From the NCBI RefSeq assembly GCF_009914755.1, contig NC_060927.1: 64,000 bases of DNA. One strand, written 5' to 3'. A model generated the notes under the pieces. The model ran no database searches. It was not told the origin of the DNA and saw nothing but the letters and a program-made list of their open reading frames with translations. A program made the position numbers and the translations under genes. Position 1 is the first letter of the stretch. Every line of letters starts with the position of its first letter. Source of the stretch: the human T2T-CHM13v2.0 reference genome, Homo sapiens. Positions 13,191 through 27,656 of this stretch are shown here, in pieces.

Positions 13191-16100
13191 TGGAGTGGGA
13201 TGGATTAGAGTGGAGTGGAGTGGAGTGTTATGGAGAGGAGTGGACTGTAGTGGAATGGAATTGAATGGACCAGAGTGGAATAGTGTGGAATCGAGTTGGG
13301 TGGAATGGATTGGAATGGATTAAAGTGGAATGGAGTGGAGTGGAGTGGACTGGGGTGGAATGGAATGGAGTGGAGTGGAGTGCAACTGAGTGTAGTGGAG
13401 TGGAGTGGAACGGTATGGAGAGGAGAGGAATGGAATGGAATGGAATGGAAAGGAGTCAACTGGAATGGGATTGAGTGAAATGGAATGGAACAGATGGGAA
13501 TGTAATGGAATGGCGTAGAGTGGAATGTAATGGAGTGAAGTGGAATGGATTCGATTGGAAAAGAAAGGATTGGATTGGAGTTGAGTGGAATGGAGTGGAG
13601 TGGAATGGAGTAGGCTGGAGTGGATTGAAGTGGAGTGGAGTGGAATGTACTCGAATGGAATGGAATGGAGTGGAGTGGAGTGCAATGGAATAGAATGGAT
13701 TGAAGTGGAATGTAATGGAATGGAATGGAATGGAGTGGAATGCAATGGATTGGAAAGCGGAATGGAATGGAATGTAACAGAGTGGAATGGAATGGAATGG
13801 AGTGGAGTGGAAGGAATGGAAAGAAGAGGAATGGATTTGAGATGAATAAAGTGGAATGGAATGCAGTGGAGCGGAATAAAATGGAAAGGAGTGGAACGGA
13901 ATGGAATGGAGTGTAATGGAATGGAGTGGAGTGGAGGGGACTGGAGTGGAGTGCAGTGGAATGGAGTGGAATAGAATGGTGTAGAATGCAGTGGAATGGA
14001 TTGGAGAGTGTAGAATGGAATGGAGTGTAGTGGAATTGAATAGAGCGGAGTGGAACCGAGTGGAGTGGAGTGGATTGGAGAGAGTTGTATTGAATGGAAT
14101 GGAGTGGAAAGGAGTGGAGTACAATGGAATGGAGTGGAATGGAATGGAACGGAGTGGGATGGAATGTAATGAATTGGAGTTGAGTGGAATTGAGTGTATT
14201 TGAATGGAGTTGTGTGTAATGGAATGGAATGGAGTGGAGTTGAATGAAAAGTAGAGGAATGGAATGGAAAGAAGGGAGTGCAGTGGAGCGGAGTGGAATG
14301 GAATGGACTGGAGTGGAGTGGAATGGAGAGCAGTGGAGTGGAATGGAGTGGAGTTGAATTGAGTGGAGTGCAATGGAGTGGAGTGGAGTGGAATGGAGTG
14401 GAGTGGAGGGGAATGAACTAGAGTGGAATGGAATGGAGTGGATTGGTATGGACTGGAGTGAAATGGAAAGGATTGGAGTGGAATGGAATGGAATGGAGTG
14501 GAGTGGAGTGGAGTGTGGTTGAATGGATTTGAGTGGAGTGGAGTGGTGTGGAATGGAATGGGGTGAAATGGATTTGAACGGAGTTCAATGGAGTCAAATG
14601 GAGCGGAATGGAATGCAGTGGAGTGGGGTAGAGTGGATTGGAGTGGAGTGTTATGGAGAGGAGGGGAGTGTAGTGGAATCGAATGGACTGGAAGGGAATG
14701 GCGTAGAATTGAATTGAGTGGAGAGGATTGGAATGGATTTGGGTGGAATGGACTGAAGTGGAATGGAATGGAGTGGAATGGAATGGAGTGGAGTGGAGTG
14801 GAGTGCAACTGATTGGAGTGGAGTGGAGTAGAATGGAATGTAGAGGAGTGGAATGGAATGGAATGGAATGGAAAGTAGTGAACTGGCATGGCATGGACTG
14901 AAGAAGAATGGAATAGGATGGGATGTAATGGAATGGAGTGGAGAGGAATGCAAAGGAGTGAACTGGAATGGAATGGACTGAAGTGGAATGGAATAGGATG
15001 GGATGTAACGGAATGAAGTAGAGAGGAATAGAATGGAGTGAAGTGGAATGGATTCAAATAGACTAGAAAGAAGTGGGATGGAGTTGAGTGGAATGGAATG
15101 GAGTGGAATGGAGTTGGGTGGAGTGGAATGAAGTGGAGTGGAGTGGAATGTACTGGAATGGAATGGAGAATAGTGGAGTGGAATGGAGTGGAATTTAGTG
15201 GAGTTGAGTGGAACGTACTGGAATGGATTGCAGTGGAATGGAGAGGAACGGAATGGAACGTAGTGGAATGGAATGGAGTGGAGTGGAATGGAATGGATTG
15301 GATAGGAAAGGAATGGATGGAATGGAGTGCAATGGAATGGAATGGAGTGGAGTGGAAAGGAATGGAATTGAGGGGAATGGAATGCAGTGTAATAAAGTGC
15401 AATGGAATGCAGTGGAGTGGAATAAAATGGAGTGGAGTGGAACGGAATGGAATGGAGTGTAATGAAATGGAGTGGAGTGGAGTGCAGTGGAATGGAGTGG
15501 AATGGAATAGAATGGTGTGGAATGAAGTGGAATGGAGTGGAATGGAGTGGAGAATGTGGAATGCAATGGAGTGGAGTGGAATTGTGTGGAATGGAATGGA
15601 GTGGAGTAGAATGCAATGTATTGGAAAGGAATGAAATAGACTGGAGTGGAATATTATGGATTGGAGTGGAGTAGAGTGGAGTGGAGTGGAGTTTAATGGA
15701 ATGCAGTGGTGTGGAGTGGAGTGGAATGGAATGGAGTGGAGTGGACTACAGTGTAGTGGAGTGAAATGGACTGGAATGGAATGGAGTGGAGTAGAGAGAA
15801 GAGGATTGGAATGGATAGGAGTGGAATAGACTGGAATGGAATGGTGCAGAGTGAAATGGAGCTTACCAGAGTGGAAAGGAGTGGAAAGGAATAGAGTGTC
15901 ATAAAATGGAACATGGTGGAGTTGAACTGAGTGGAGTGGAGAGGAATGAAGTGGAGAGGAATGAAGTGGAGTGGAATGGAGTGGAATGGAGTAGAATGAA
16001 TCGGAGTGGAGAGGAATAGAGAGGAATGGTATGGAGAAGAGTGGAATGGAATGGAATGGAGTGGAATTGAATGGAGTGGAGTGGAGTGGAATGCAGTGGA

Positions 16101-16210
16101 GTTGTGAGGAGTGGAAAAGAGTCGAGTGGCAGGGAATTGAAGGGAATGGAATGGAATTAAATGGAATGGAATGGAATAGTGTGGAATGGAGTGGAGTGGA
16201 ATGGAGTGGA

Positions 16211-16405
16211 GTGCATTGGAATGGAGTGGAGGGGAGTGGAATGGAATGTAGTGGATTGGAGTGGCATTGAATGGAATGTAATGGATTGGAGTGGAATGGA
16301 GTGGAGTGCATTGGAATGGAGTGGAGGAGAGTGGAATGGAATGTAGTGGATTGGAGTGGCATTGAATGGAATGTAATGGATTGGAGTGGAATGGAGTGGA
16401 GTGCA
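16211..16405 (+). repeat. Recent 95-bp tandem duplication
   Basis: GTGCATTGGAATGG...GGCATTGAATGGAATGTAATGGATTGG begins at 16211 and at 16306, near identical. Confidence 0.85.
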
Positions 16406-19400
16406 GTGGAATGGACTAAAATGGAATGGAGTGGAGTATAGTAGAGTAGAGTACAGTGGAGTGGGGTAGAATGGAGTGGATTATGGTAGAGTAAAGTGGA
16501 ATGGAGTGGAGCAGAATGGAATGGAGTGGATTGGAATAGAGTGGAGTGTAGTGGAATTGCGTGGAATGGAATGCAGTGGAGTGGCATAAAGTGGAATTGT
16601 TTGGAATGGAATACAATTGACTGGAATGGAATGGAGTGGAATTGAGTGGAGTGGAATGGAGTTGAGTGGAATGGATTGGAGTGGAGTGGAATGTAGTGGA
16701 GTGGAGTGGAGTGAAGTGGAGAGGAGGGGAATGGAGTGGAGTAAATTGGAGGAGTGTGGAATGTAGTGGAATGGAATGCTCTGGAGTGGAGTGTAGTGTA
16801 TTGGAATGGAATGGAGTGGAGTTGCATGGAGTGGAGTGGAGTGGAATGGACTGGAATGGAGTGGAATTGAGTGGAGTGGAATGGAGTGCAGTGGAGTGGA
16901 GTGGAATGGAATGGAGTCTAGTGGAATGGAGTGGAATGGAGAGGAATGGAGTGGAATTTAATGGAGTGGAATGGAATGTAGTGGAGAGGAATGGAGTGGA
17001 GTGGAGTGGTGTGGAGTAGAGTGGAGTGGAATGAAGTGGAATGGAGGGGAATGGAGAGGAACGAAGTGTAGTGGAGTGGAATGGAATTAAGTGGAGCAGA
17101 ATGGAATGGAGTGCAATGCTATGGAATGGAGTGGAGTAGAATGAAGTGGACTGGAGTGGAGTGTAGGGGAGTAATACAGAAAGGAATGGAGTGGAGTGGA
17201 GTGGAGTAGAGTGGAGTGGAGTGTCATGGAGTGGGGTGGAATGGAGTGGATTGGAATGGAATGGATTGGAATTAAATGGATTGGAGTGGAATTGAATGGA
17301 GGGGAATGGAATGGTGACAAATGGATTAGAAAGTATTTCAGTCGTGTGGAAAAAATGGAGTGGAAGGGAAAGGAAAGGAATTCAATGGAATGCACTGAAG
17401 TGGAGTGACATGGAGTGGACTGCAGTGGAATGAGGTAGAATGGAATGCAGTGGAGTGGAATGGAATGGAATGGAAAGGAAAGGAAAGTAATGGAATGGAG
17501 TTGTGTGTAATGGAATGGAGTGCAGTGTAATTGAGTGGACTGCAGTGAAGTGGAGTGGAATGGAGTTGAATGGAGGGGAATGAAGTGGAGTGGAGTGGAG
17601 GGGAAGGAAGTGGAGTGGACTAGAATGGAGTGGAATGGAGTGGAATGGAATGCAGTGGACAGGAATGGAATGGAGTGGAGTGCAGTGGATTAGAGTTGAG
17701 TGGAGTCGAGTGCAGTGGATTAGAATGGAAAAGATTGCAATGGAGAGGAGAGGAATGGAATGGAGAGGGGTGGAATGGATTGCAATGGAGTGGAATGGAA
17801 TGGAATGGAGTTTAGTTGAGTGGAGTGGAGTGGAAAGGAGTGGGGTGGAATGGAGTTGAGTGGATTGGAGAGGAATGGAATCGAGTGGAGTCAAATTGAA
17901 AAGAGTGGAGTGGAATTGAGTGGAATGGATTGCAGCGGAGTGGAATTGTGTAGAATGGAATGAAGTGGAATGGAGTGGAGTGGAGTCGAGTGGAGTGGAG
18001 TCGAATGGAGTGGAGTGGAATGGAGTGGAGTGGAATGGAGTGGAGTGGGGTGGAATGGGGTGAAATGGAATGGAATTAAGTGTAAAGGAATTCAGTAGAG
18101 GAGAATGGAATGGAGTGCAGAGGAATGTAATGAAATTCATAGGAGTGGAATGGAATGGAATGGAATAGAATGGGATGGAATGCAGTGGAGTTGAGTGGAA
18201 TGGATTGGAGAGGAATGGAATGTAGTAGAATGGAAAGCAGTGGAATGGAATGGCGTGGAATGGAATGGAAAGCTCTGAATTGGTGTTGAATGGAATGGAG
18301 TGGATGGAGTGGAAAGGAGTGAAGTGGAATGGGGTGGAATGGAATGAAATGGAGTGGAATGGAATGGAATGCAATGGAGTGTTGTGGAATGGATTGGATT
18401 GGAGTAGAATTAAGTGGACTGGAGTGGTGTGCAGTGGAATCAAGTGGTGTGGAGTGGAATGAAGCGGAGTTTAGTGGAATGGAGTGGAAAGGAATGGAGT
18501 GGAGTGGAAAGGAATAGATTGGATTGGAGTAAAGTGCAATGGAGTGGAGTGGAGTGGAGTGCAATGCAACGCAGTGGAGTGGAGAGGTGAGGAATGGAAT
18601 GGAGTTGAAAGGAATGGAGTAGAGTGGAGTGGAAAGGACTGGAATGGAATGGAGTGGAGTGGAGTAGAGTGGAGTGTAGAGGAGAGGGGTCGAATGGAGT
18701 GGGGTGGAGTGGAATGGAATGGAATGGAGTGGAGTAAAATGGACTGGCTTGGAGTGGCACCGAGTAGAATGGAATGGAGTGGAATGAAATGCTGTTGAAG
18801 GGAATAAAATGGAGTGGCGTGGAATGGAATGGAATGGAGTGGAGTGGAGTGGAATGGAGTGCAGTGGAGTGGAATGGAGCGGAATGGAATGGAGTGGAGA
18901 AGAATGGAATTTAGTAGAGTGGAGAAGAGTGGAGTGGAGTGGAGTGGAATGGAACGAAGTGCAGTGGACTGAAGTGGAGAGCAAAGGAATGGATTAAAGT
19001 GGAATTGAGGGGAGTGGAATAGGAAGGAGTAGAGTGGAATGGTGTGGAATGGATTGGAATGCAATGTAGTGGAATGTAGTGGAGAAGAGTGGAATGGAAT
19101 TGAGTACAGTGGATTAAAATGGAATGGAGTTGATTGAAATGGAATGTAGTGGAATGGAATGAAGTGGAGGGGAGTGGTGTTTAGTGGAGTGTAGTGGAAT
19201 GGAGTGGAATTGAATGGAATGGAGTGGAATGGAGTGGAGTGCAGTGGAAGGGAATTAAGTGGAGTGGAATGGATGGAGTGGATCGGAGGGGAGTAGAATG
19301 GAGAGGACTGGAGTGAAGTGGAGTGCAGAAGATCGCAAATTAGTGGAGTGGAGTGGAATGGAATGGAATGGAGTTGAATGCAGTGGAATTTAGTTGAATG

Positions 19401-20149
19401 GAGTGCAGTGCAGTGGAATGGAATTAAGTGGAGTGGAATGGAATAGTGTGGAATGGAATGGAATGCAGTCGAGTAGAATGGTGGGGACTGGAGTAGAGTG
19501 GAGTGGAGTGGAATGAAAAGGAGTAGAGTGGACTGGAGAGGAATGGAGTAGAGTGGAAAGGAATGGAGTCGAGCAGAATGCAGTGGAGTGGAGAGGAATG
19601 GAGTGGAACGGAATGGAGAGGAGTGGAATGGAGTGGAGTGGAATGGAATGGAATGGAATGGAGTGGAGTGTAATGGAATGGATTTGATTGGAGTCAATGG
19701 AGTGGAATGGAATGGAATGGAATGGAGTGGAATGGAGTGGAATGGAGTGGTGTGGCGTGGATGGAAATGGAATGGAGTGGAATGGAGAGGAAAGTAATGG
19801 AGTGGAGTGGAGTGGAATGGAATAAAGTGAAATGGAGTGGAATGGAACAGAGTTAAATGGAGTGGAATTGAGTGTAGTGGAGTGGAATGGAATCGAATGC
19901 AGTGGAATAAAATGGTGTGGAGGGGAATGGAATGGAATGGAGTGGAATTGAATGGAGTGGAGTGCAGTGGTGTGGATATCAGTGGAGTGTAATTAAATGG
20001 AGAGTAATGGAATGGAATGGAGTGGAATGGAGAGAAACGAAGTGGAGTGGAGTGGAATGGAATGGAGAGGAATGGTATGGAATGGAATGGAGAAGAATGA
20101 AGTGGACTGGAATGGAGTGGAGAGGAGTAGAATGGAAACGAGTGGAGTG

Positions 20150-20300
20150 GAGTGGAGTTGAGTGGAGTGGAGATGAGTGGGGTAGATTGGAGTGGAGTGG
20201 AATGGAGTGGAGTGTAATGGAGTGGAGTGGAGTTGAGTGGAGTGGAGATGAGTGGGGTAGATTGGAGTGGAATTGAGTGGAGTGTAATGGAGTGGAGTGG
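20150..20300 (+). repeat. 75-bp tandem duplication
   Basis: AGATGAGTGGGGTAGATTGG at 20171 and 20246. Confidence 0.82.
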
Positions 20301-23300
20301 AATTGCAGGGCATGGAAGGGCATGAAATGGATTGGAATGGTTTGCAGGGGTGTGGAAAAATTGGAGTGGAGGGGAGGGGATTCGTATGGAGTGCCTTGGA
20401 ATGGAGTGGAATGGAATGGAATGGAGTATAATGGAGTGTTATGGAGAGGAGTGGAGTGGAATGGACTGGACTGAAATGGAGCGGAGTGGAGTGGGGTGGT
20501 ATGATTAGGAGTGGATTCCAGTGGAATGTGATGGAATGTAGTGGAATGGAGTGCAGTGGAGTGGAATGGAGTGGAATGGAGTGGAGTGGACGGGAAAGGA
20601 ATGTAGTGGAGTGGAATGGAATGAAAGTGAATGGAGTAGAGTGGAATGGAATGGAATGGAATGGAGTGGAGTGGAGTGGAATGGGATGGAGTGGAGTGGA
20701 ATGGAATGGAGTGGAGTGGAACAGAGTGGACTGGTGTGGAATGGAAATTAATCGAATGGAGTTTAATACAGAGAAGTAAAATGAAATGGAATGTAGGGGA
20801 ATGGATTTAGTGGAATGGAATGGAATGCCCGGAAGAGGAGAGGAATGGAGTGGAGTGAAGTGGAGAGGAGTGGAGTGGAATGGGGTGGAATGCAATGAAG
20901 TGGATTGGAATGGAATGGAATGAAAGGAATGGAATGGAGTGCTGTGGAAAGGAATGGAGATGAGTACAATGCAGTGGAATGGAATGGAGTGGAGTGCAGT
21001 GAATTAGAGTGGACTTACTTGAAATGGAGTGGAAAGGAGTGTAAAGAAGTGAAATGGAATGGAATGGAGTGGAATGGAATGGAAGTCAGTGGGGTGGAGT
21101 GTAACGGAATGGAGTGGAGCAGAGTGGTGCGGAATTGTATGGAATGGAGTGGACTGGAGTGGAGTGGAATATAGTGGAGGTCAATTGAGAGGAGTGGAAT
21201 GGAATAGGGTGAAATGGAATGGAATGTAGTGGAATACAGTGGAATGGAGTGCAGTGGAGGGGAAAGGAGTGGAGTGGAATGGAATGGAATGGAGTGGAAT
21301 GGATCGAGTGGAGTGGAATGGAATGTAGTAGAGTGGAACAGAGTTGAGTGGTGTGGAACGGTAGTAAGTGGAATGGAGTGGAACGGAGAGAAGTGAAATG
21401 GAGTTCAGTGGAAGAGAACGGATGTAGTGGAATGGAATGGAATGCCCTGAAGACGAGTGGAATGGAGTGGAGTGAAGAGGATTTGAGTGGAGTGGAATGG
21501 GGTGGAATGGAATGAAGTGGAGTGGAATGGAATGGAATGGAATGAAATGGAATTGAATGCAGTAGTGTGGACAGGAATGGAATTGAGTACAATGGAGTGG
21601 ACTGCAGTGGAGTGGAGTGGAAAGGAGTACAATGGAGGGGAATGAAGTGCAGTGGAGTGGAATGTATTGGAATGGAATGGAGTTGAGTTGAATGGAATGG
21701 AGTGGAGAGGAATGGAATGGAGTGTAGTAGAGTAGAGTGGTGTGGAATGGAATGAAATGGAACGCAGTGTTGTGGAGTGGAGTGGAATTGAATGTAGTGG
21801 AGTGGAATAGAGTGGTGTGGAGAGAAACTGGGATGGAATGAAGTGGAGTGGAGTAGAGTGGACTGGAGTGGAGTGGGGTGGAATGGAGTGGAGTGGAGTG
21901 GAATGGAATGCTGTGGAGTGGAATGGAGTGGAATGGAATGAAGTGGAGTGGAATAAAATAGAGTGAATGGGAATGGAGTGGAAAGGATGGAATTGAAGGG
22001 AGTGGAATGGAGTGGAGGGGAATGGAATGGAGTGCAGTTGAGAGGAAAGAATTGCAGTGGAGTGGAATGGAGAGGAATGGAATAAAGTGGAGTGGAGTGG
22101 AATTGAGTGGAGTCGTGTGGAATGGAGTTGAGTGGAGTACAATGGATTGGAAGGGAGTGGAGAGGAATGGAATGGAATGAAGTGCACTGGAATGAAGTGG
22201 AGTGGAATGGAATGGAGTGGAGTGGAACGGAGTAGAGTGGAGGGCAATGGAGTGGAATGAAGTGGACTGGAGTGGAGTAGAGTGGAATGGAGTGGAGTGG
22301 AATAGGGTGGAGTGGAGAGGAGTGGAACGGAATAAGGTGAAATGGAATGCAATGGAGTGGAGTGGAGGGGAAAGGAATGGCGTGGAGTGGAATGGGATGG
22401 GATGGAATGGAATGGACTGGAGTGGAATGCAATGGAGTTGACTGGAATGAAATGGAGTGGAGTGGAATGGAGTGGAGTGTAATGGAGGGCAACGGAGTGG
22501 AAGGGGAGTGGAATGGAATGGAGGGAAGTTCAATTGAGTGGAGTGGAGTGTGGTCGAGTGGAAAGGGGTGAAATGGAATGGAATGGAGTGGAGTGGAATG
22601 GAATTGAGTGGAGTGAAGTGGAGTGGAATGGAATGGAGTGGAGTGGAGTGTAATGGAATGGAATTGAATGGAATGGACTGGAATGGAATGGATTGGAATG
22701 GAGTGGACTTTAATGGAATGGAGTGTAATGCAGTGGAATAGAAAGGAGTGGAGAGGAATTGAGTGGAGTGGAATTGAATGCAGTAGAGTGGCACAGAGTG
22801 GAGGGGAGTGGAGTGAGTGACTTGAAATGAATGGAATGTTATGAAACGCAATGGCAAGGAATAGAATGGAATGGAGTGGAGTGCAGTGAAATAGAGTCAA
22901 CTGGAATGGAATGGAGTGGAAAGGAGTGGAAAGTTTTGGAATGCAATGTAATGGTAGGGAGTGGAATGGAACACAGTGGAGTGGAGTGGAATGGAGTGCA
23001 CTGGAGTGGAATTCTGTAGAATGGTATGGAGTGGAGTGGAGTGGAATGGAGTGGAGGGGAATGGAGTGCAGTAGAATAGAATAGGTTGAAATGCTATGGA
23101 ATGGAGTGGAAAGGAGTGGAGGGAGGGGAAAGAAATGGAATGGAGTGGAATGGAATGGAATGGAGTGGAGTGGAGTGGAATGGAATGGAGTCGAGTTTAA
23201 TGCAATGTAGTGGAGTGGAACAGAATGGAGTGTTCTGTAATGGAAGGAAGTGGAATGGAGTGGAGTGAAGAGAAGTGAAATGGAATGGACTGGAGGGGAA

Positions 23301-26300
23301 CATACGGAGTGGAATGGAATGAAATGCCCTGAAGTGGAGTGGAATGGAGTGGAATGAGGTGGAGTTGAGTGAAGGGGAATGGGGTGGAACGGAATGTAGT
23401 GGAGTGGAGTGGAATGGAATGGAATGGAATGGAATGGAATGGAAAGGAATGGAATGGAATGGAAAGGAATAGAGTGGTTTGGAAAGGAATGGATTGGAGT
23501 AAAATGGAGTGGACTGCATTGGAGTGGAGTGGAATGGATGGCACTGAAGGGGAATGAAGTTGTGGAGAGGAAAGTAGCGGAATGGAATGGGGTGGAGTGG
23601 AATGGAATATAGTGGAGAGGAATGGAATGGAGAGGAATGGAGTAGAGTGGAGTGCACTGGAGTGGAGTGGAATGGAATGGAATGCAGTGGGGTGGAATGG
23701 AATGGAATGGAGTGGAGTAAACCAGAGTGGATTCGAGTGGAGTGGAATGGAATGCAGTGGAGAGGAGTGGAGTGGAATGGAATGGAGTGGAGTGAAAAGG
23801 ATGTCAGTGGAGTGAAGTGGAGTGGAATTGAGTGGAGGGGAGTGGAATGAAATGGACATATTGGAACAGAGTGGAATGGAATGGAATGCACTGGAGGGGA
23901 GTGGAATGGAAAGGAGTGTATTGGAATAGAGTGGTGTGGAGTGGAAGGGACTGGAATGGAATTGAGTGGACTGGAGAAGAGTGGAGTGGATTGGAGTGGG
24001 CTGGAATGGAATGGAGTGGAGTGGAGTGGAATAGAATGGAGTGGAGCTGAATGGAGTGGAGTGGAGTGGAGTGGAGTGGAATGGAATGCAGTGGAGTGGA
24101 ATGGAGTGGAATGGAATGAAGTGGAGTAGAATGGAATGAAGTGGATTGGAATAAAATGGAGTGCAATGGAATGGATGGATTTGAAGGGAGTGGAATGGAG
24201 TGGAGTGGAATGGAGTGGTTTGGAATGGAGTGGAGTGGAGTGGAGTGGAATTGAGTGGAGTTGAGAGGAAAGAAGTGGACTGTAGTGGAATACAAGGAAT
24301 GGAGTACAGTGGAGTGCAGTGGAATTGAGTCGATTGGAATTTATTGGAGTGAAGTGGAGTACACTGGAATGGAGGGGAGGGGAGTGGAATGGAATGGAAT
24401 GCAGTGCACTGGAATGAAGTGGAGTAGAATGGAAGGAATTGGAGTGGAATGGAGTGGAATGGAGGGCAATGGACTGGGACAGAGTGGAGTGAAGTGGAGT
24501 AGAGTATAGGGGAGTGGAATGGAGTGCAGTGGAGAGGAATGGAATAGGGTGAAATGGAATGGAATGGAGTAGAATGGAGAAGATTTGTGGGGAATGGAAT
24601 GGAGAGCAGTGGAATGGAATGGAATGCAATGGAATGGAGTGGAGTGGAAAGGAATGGAGTAGATGGATTGCAGTGGAGTGGAGTGGAGTGAAGTGGAGTG
24701 GAGTGGAGTTCAATGGAGGTGAGTGGAGTTGAGTGGAGTGGAGTGAAGTGGAATGGAGTGGAATGTAGTTGAGTGCAGTGGAATGGAGTAGAATGGAATG
24801 GAGTGGACTGGAATGGAGTGGAATGGAGTGGAGTTGAGTGGAGTGGAGTGGAATGGAATGGAATGGAATGCAATGGTGTGGAGTGGGGTGGTGTGGAGTG
24901 GAGTGGACTGGAATGGAGTGGAGGGGAGTGGAGTGGAGGGGAGTGGAGTGAACTGGAATAGAGTGGAAGGGAATAGAATGGAATGGAATGGAATGGACTG
25001 CAATGAAGTCAAGTGGAGTGGTGTCGACTGGAAGGGAACGGAGGGGAGTTGAGTGGAACGTAGTGCAGTGGAGTGCAATGGGGCGGAATTTAGTGGAATG
25101 GAATGGAATGGAAGGGAAGAGAATGGAACACAATGAAATGGAATTTTATGGAATGAAATGGAGGTGAATGGAATGGAGTGCAGTGGAAATGGAATGAAGT
25201 GGAGTGGAATGGAATGGAGTGTATTGGATGGATTGGAATGGAGTGGAGTGGAGTGGAATGTAATGGAAGGGAACAGAGTGGATTGGAGTGGACTGCAATG
25301 GAATGGAGTGGTGTGGAATTGAATGGAATGGAATGGAATTCAGTGAAGTGGAATAGAATGTAATGAAAAGGAATGGAATGGAATGGAGTGGACTGGTGTG
25401 CAGTGGATTTGTGTGGAGTTGAGTGGAGTGGAGTGTAATGGAGGGAAGTGTAATAGAACGGAATGGAGTGGAATGGAATGAAAAGGAATTGAATGGAACG
25501 GATTCGAGTGGAATGGTGGGGAGTGGAATGGAGAGGAGTAGAATGGATTGGAGTGGAATGGAGTGGAGTGGAATGGAGTGGACTAGAGAATAATGGGGTG
25601 GAGCGGAATGGAATGGAAAGGAATTGAATGGGGTAGAATGGAATGGAATGCGATGTGGTGGAGTGGAATGGAGTGGAGTGAAGAGGAGTGGAGATTATTG
25701 GAATGGAGTGGAATGGAGTGGAGACAAATGGAGTGGAGTGGAGTGGTTTGCAGTGGAGTGGAGTGGAGTGGATTGCAGTGGAGTGGAGTGGAATGGATTG
25801 GTGTGGTGTGGAGGGGAATAGAATGGAATGGGAAGGAGTGGAGTGCAGTGGAGTGGAGTCAAATGGAATGGAATTTAATGAAATGGAATGGAGAAGATTG
25901 CTGTGGAGTGGAGTGGAATGGATTGGAATGGATTGGAGTAGATTGTTGTGGAGTCCCGTGGAATGGAAAGGAGTGTAATGCAGTGGAATGGAGTGAAATG
26001 GAATGGAATGGAGTGGAATGGAGTTGAATGGAATGATGTGAAATGGAATGGTATTCAGTGGAGTGGAATGCAATGGACTGGAATGGAATGGAGTGGAACG
26101 GAATGGAATGGAATGGAATGGAATGGAAAGGAATGGAGTTGAATGGGGTGGAATGAAATGGAATAGAATGGAATGGAATGGAGTGGAGTTGAATGGAATG
26201 GAATGGAGTGGAATGGAGAGGAGTGGAGTGCAATGGAGGGCAATGCAGGGAAATGGAGTTGAAAGGAATGGAATGGTGTGGAGTGCAATGGAATGGAGTA

Positions 26301-27296
26301 GAGTTGAATAGAATGCAGTGGAGAGGGATGGAATGGAGATGCTTGGAATGGAATGGAATGGAAAGGAATGGAATGGAGTTGAGTGGAGTGGAGGGGAAAG
26401 AAATGGAATGGAATGGAATGGAATGGAGTGGAGAGGAGAAGAACATATAATGGATTGGAATGGAATGGAATGGAGTGGAGAGGAGAAGAATATAATAGAA
26501 TGGAATGGAATGAAATAGAGTGGAATGGAGTGGAGTAGAGTGGAATGGAATGTAGTGGAATGGAATGGATTGGAAAGGAATGGAATGGAGTGGATTGGAA
26601 AGGAGAGAAGTGGAATGGAGTGAAGTGGATTGGAATGGAGTGCAGTGGAATGTAATGGAATGGAAAGGAGTGGAGTGGAATGGAGTTGTACGGAGGGGAG
26701 TTGAATTGAATGGAGCAGAGTGGAGGAGAATGGAGTGGACTGGAGTGGAGTGGAATACAATGGAATGGAGTGGACTGGAGTGGTGTATAGTGGAGTGGAG
26801 TGAAATGGAGAGGAGTGAAATGGAGTGGATTGGAATGGAGTTGTCTGGAATGGAATGGATTGGAATGGAGTGGAATAGAGTGGAGAGGAGAGGAATGAAA
26901 TGGACTGGAATGGAGTGGAATGGAATGGAATGGAGTGGAATGGAATGAAATGGAATGCAATGGAGGGAAGTGGAGTGGAGTGGCATTGAGTGGAGGGGAA
27001 TGGATTGGGGTTTAATGGAATGGAATGGAATGGAGAGAAATTGAATGGAGTGGAATGGAATGGAATGAACTGGAGTGGAATGGAATGGAGTGGAGTGCAA
27101 TAAAATGGAAAGGAGTAGAATGGTTTGGAATGGAGTGAAATTGAGTGGATTGTAGTGGAATGGAGTGGACTGGAGTGGAATGGAATGGAGAGGAATGGAA
27201 GCTAATGAAATGGAGAGGACTGGAATGCAATGGAATGGAATGGAACGGAATGGAATGGAATGGAGTGGAATGGAATGGAATGGAATAGAAGAGAAT

Positions 27297-27361
27297 GGGT
27301 GCTGAGATTGTGCCACTGTGCTACAGCCTGTGGGACAGGGGGAGATCCTGTCAAAAAAAAA
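27297..27361 (+). mobile_element. First (leftmost) Alu-derived cassette, type A, ending in A9
   Basis: GGGTGCTGAGATTGTGCCACTGTGCTACAGCCTGTGGGACAGGGGGAGATCCTGTCAAAAAAAAA. Confidence 0.88.
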
Positions 27362-27420
27362 CGGGTTGAATGGAATGCAGTGGAGTGGAGTGGAGTGGAG
27401 TGGAAAGGAGTGGAGTGGAG

Positions 27421-27656
27421 AGGAATGGAATGGACTGGAGTGTAATGGAATGAAGTGGAGGGGAATGGAATGCAGTAGAGTGGAATGGAAAGGAATGGAG
27501 TGGAGTGGAATGGAATGGAGTGGAGTGGAATGCAGTGGAGTGGAAAGGAATGGAATGGACTGGAGTGTAATGGAATGAAGTGGAGGGGAATGGAATGCAG
27601 TAGAGTGGAATGGAAAGGAATGGAGTGGAGTGGAATGGAATGGAGTGGAGTGGAAT
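27421..27656 (+). repeat. 125-bp tandem duplication
   Basis: AGGAATGGAATGGACTGGAGTGTAATGGAATGAAGTGGAGGGGAATGGAATGCAGTAGAG at 27421 and 27546. Confidence 0.85.

Larger units (their letters stand above)
13191..27296 (+). repeat. GGAGT-rich diverged HSat3 domain (GGAAT and GGAGT roughly co-dominant), no Alu cassettes
   Basis: Abrupt return of GGAGT runs at about 13191. Frequent GCAGT, GGACT, TGAGT, GAAGT variants. Confidence 0.85.

Noticed and set aside
13456-16827. Long ORFs, e.g. 1123 aa (13456-16827, -), 1086 aa (57253-60513, -), 912 aa (25859-28597, -) and all MEWNG-type + strand ORFs
   Set aside because: (GGAAT)n and (ATTCC)n contain no stop codon in any frame, so long overlapping ORFs are expected. 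Products are 5-residue periodic with no domain content.
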